Shown: positions 38,255-39,736 of the stretch, one piece after another
Numbering within the stretch: the stretch's first letter is position 1
Layout of the letters: the number at the start of each line of letters is the position of its first letter
NCBI GenBank assembly: GCA_035645475.1
Contig: DASQMN010000020.1
Coordinates: forward strand, 1-39,736
DNA length: 39,736 nucleotides
From: Nocardioidaceae bacterium
GTDB taxonomy: Bacteria > Actinomycetota > Actinomycetes > Propionibacteriales > Nocardioidaceae
Direction of reading: 5' to 3'
Notes under the pieces: model-generated
What the model was told of the DNA's origin: nothing
The model's input: only the letters and a program-made list of their open reading frames with translations
Databases searched by the model: none
Position numbers and translations under genes: made by a program

Positions 38255-39736
38255 TCAGGCCTTGCGGCGGACCGGTCCGCGTCGCTGCAGTGAGGGGCGT
38301 GACATCGCCTCGCCTGTCTCGCTCGCCTCCTGCCTGCGCTGCGCTCCGAGGTCGGCGAGCGCGTCGGCCAGCGCCCGGGCCGACGGCGAGTCGGCCATCA
38401 CGTCCACGCGCAGCCCGTGCTCCTGAGCGGTGGCGACCGTGGCCGGCCCGATGCAGGCGATCACCGTCGAGGGGTGCGGCTTGCCGGCGATGCCGACCAG
38501 GTTGCGCACCGTGGAGGACGAGGTGAACACCACAGCGTCGAAGCGGCCGGTCTTGATCGCCTCCCGCACCGGAGCCGGTGGTGGAGCGGCCCGCACCGTG
38601 CGGTACGCGGTGACGTCGTCGACCTCCCAGCCGAGCTCCAGCAGTCCGGCGACCAGCGTCTCGGTGGCGATGTCGGCTCGTGGCAGGAAGACCCGGTTGA
38701 TCGGGTCGAGCGCCTTGTCGAAGGGCGGCCACTCCTCGAGCAGGCCGCGAGCCGACTGCTCGCCCTGCGGGACCAGGTCGGGGCGGATACCCCAGGCCTT
38801 CACCGCCTCGGCGGTGCGGTCACCCACGGCGGCGATCTTCAGCCCGGAGAACGCTCTTGCGTCCAGTCCGTACTCGTCGAACTTCTCGCGCAGGGCACGC
38901 ACGGCGTTGGCGGAGGTGAAGGCGATCCACTCGTATCGACCCTCGACCAGTCCGCGGACGGCCTTGTCCATCTGCTGCGGGTTGCGCGGCGGCTCCACCG
39001 AAATCGTGGGCACCTCCTGAGGCACCGCGCCGTGGGCACGCAACCGTGCCGACAGCTCACTGGCCTGCTCCTTGGTGCGCGGCACCAGCACGCGCCACCC
39101 GAACAGCGGCTTGGTCTCGAACCACGACAGGGTGTCGCGCAGTCCGACGACCTCACCGACGACGACCACCGCCGACGAGGTCAGCTCAGCGCTGGCGACG
39201 TCGGACACGACGATGCGGAGCGTGGACGTCACGGTCCGCTGGTCGGTGGTGGTGCCGACGGTCGTCACGGCCACCGGCGTCTCGTCGAGGCGCCCCGCGT
39301 CGCACAGACCGCTCACCGCCTCCGCGAGCCGGTCCACGTCGCACAGGACCACGACGGTGCGCTCGCCGGCGTAGGGGCGCCAGTCGACGCGGCCGGACCC
39401 GCTGAGGCGCAGCACGGACAACTCGCGGGACGTACGAGTGGTCAGTGGGACGCCCGCGTACGTGGGCACGGCGGAGACCACCGAGATGCCCGGTACCACC
39501 TCGAAGGACAGGCCTGCCTTGACGCACGCCTGGGCCTCCTCCGGGCCGGTGGCGTAGGTGAACGGGTCGCCGTCGACGAGCCGGACGATCGCAGCGCCGC
39601 TCTTGGCATGCCGGGTGACAAGCCGGGCGCGTGCCGACGCGGTCAGCGGAACGCCCGCGTCGTCGGCTCCGATGACACACACCTCGGCAGGTGGCGGCGG
39701 CGCGGCGCCGTCCTCGCTCACCGAGGCCCGGACGCC
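38255..39736 (-). CDS. hemD: bifunctional uroporphyrinogen-III C-methyltransferase-like / uroporphyrinogen-III synthase fusion; 5' end probably outside window
   Basis: The frame stays open from the listed GTG 39721 to the window edge. TP_methylase motifs: IVRLVDGDPF, VVPGISVVSAVPTYAGVPLT. The HemD half shows GWRVLVPRTKEQA, FTSANAVRA and FTSSSTVRN. It resembles the roughly 565-aa mycobacterial HemD fusion (from memory). Confidence 0.85.
   Translation of the reverse strand, partial: GVRASVSEDGAAPPPPAEVCVIGADDAGVPLTASARARLVTRHAKSGAAIVRLVDGDPFTYATGPEEAQACVKAGLSFEVVPGISVVSAVPTYAGVPLTTRTSRELSVLRLSGSGRVDWRPYAGERTVVVLCDVDRLAEAVSGLCDAGRLDETPVAVTTVGTTTDQRTVTSTLRIVVSDVASAELTSSAVVVVGEVVGLRDTLSWFETKPLFGWRVLVPRTKEQASELSARLRAHGAVPQEVPTISVEPPRNPQQMDKAVRGLVEGRYEWIAFTSANAVRALREKFDEYGLDARAFSGLKIAAVGDRTAEAVKAWGIRPDLVPQGEQSARGLLEEWPPFDKALDPINRVFLPRADIATETLVAGLLELGWEVDDVTAYRTVRAAPPPAPVREAIKTGRFDAVVFTSSSTVRNLVGIAGKPHPSTVIACIGPATVATAQEHGLRVDVMADSPSARALADALADLGAQRRQEASETGEAMSRPSLQRRGPVRRKA

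Overview
Summary: this is a very GC-rich chromosomal segment of actinobacterial type (about 70% G+C by eye). Strong third-position G/C bias produces long spurious ORFs in all six frames. The window is almost wall-to-wall coding and carries core respiratory and cofactor metabolism rather than an obvious accessory island.

Gene order, left to right:
- The 3' end of a PhoX-like phosphatase (+).
- A 19.4-kb co-directional minus-strand string: menG, a menJ-like reductase, nuoABCDEFGHIJKLMN, and a polyprenyl diphosphate synthase.
- A menaquinone block: menF(+)/menD(-) ... menC-menE(-)/menA(+). It is interrupted by a 3.4-kb insert of four genes: a PhnB-like VOC, a PAT-like GNAT, a GH13 alpha-glucosidase and a glyoxalase-like VOC.
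- A short variable stretch: two tandem palindromic elements, a DUF4229-like membrane protein, a PLP threonine/serine-dehydratase-like enzyme and a PLDc_N membrane protein.
- An 8.7-kb minus-strand string: cobA-hemD fusion (runs off the right edge), hemB, hemL, histidine phosphatase, resA-like, ccdA, resB, ccsB. This combines haem synthesis with System II cytochrome c maturation. From memory, the order matches M. tuberculosis Rv0524-Rv0529.

I found no rRNA or tRNA genes, CRISPR arrays, transposases, integrases or phage genes. I do not see a convincing novel multi-gene system.

The most checkable non-obvious signals are:
1. A perfect 10+4+10 palindrome with a Rex-operator-like core (GTGAA-N4-TTCAC) in front of menJ-nuo.
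2. Two tandem 48-nt nested-hairpin elements downstream of menA, whose substitutions are wobble-compatible only on the + strand.
3. The physical welding of menaquinone ring and tail tailoring genes to complex I.

Several true starts were re-assigned from the ORF track using stop/start overlaps (ATGA, GTGA, TGATG). All family calls rest on motifs read by eye and remembered homologues, not on database searches.
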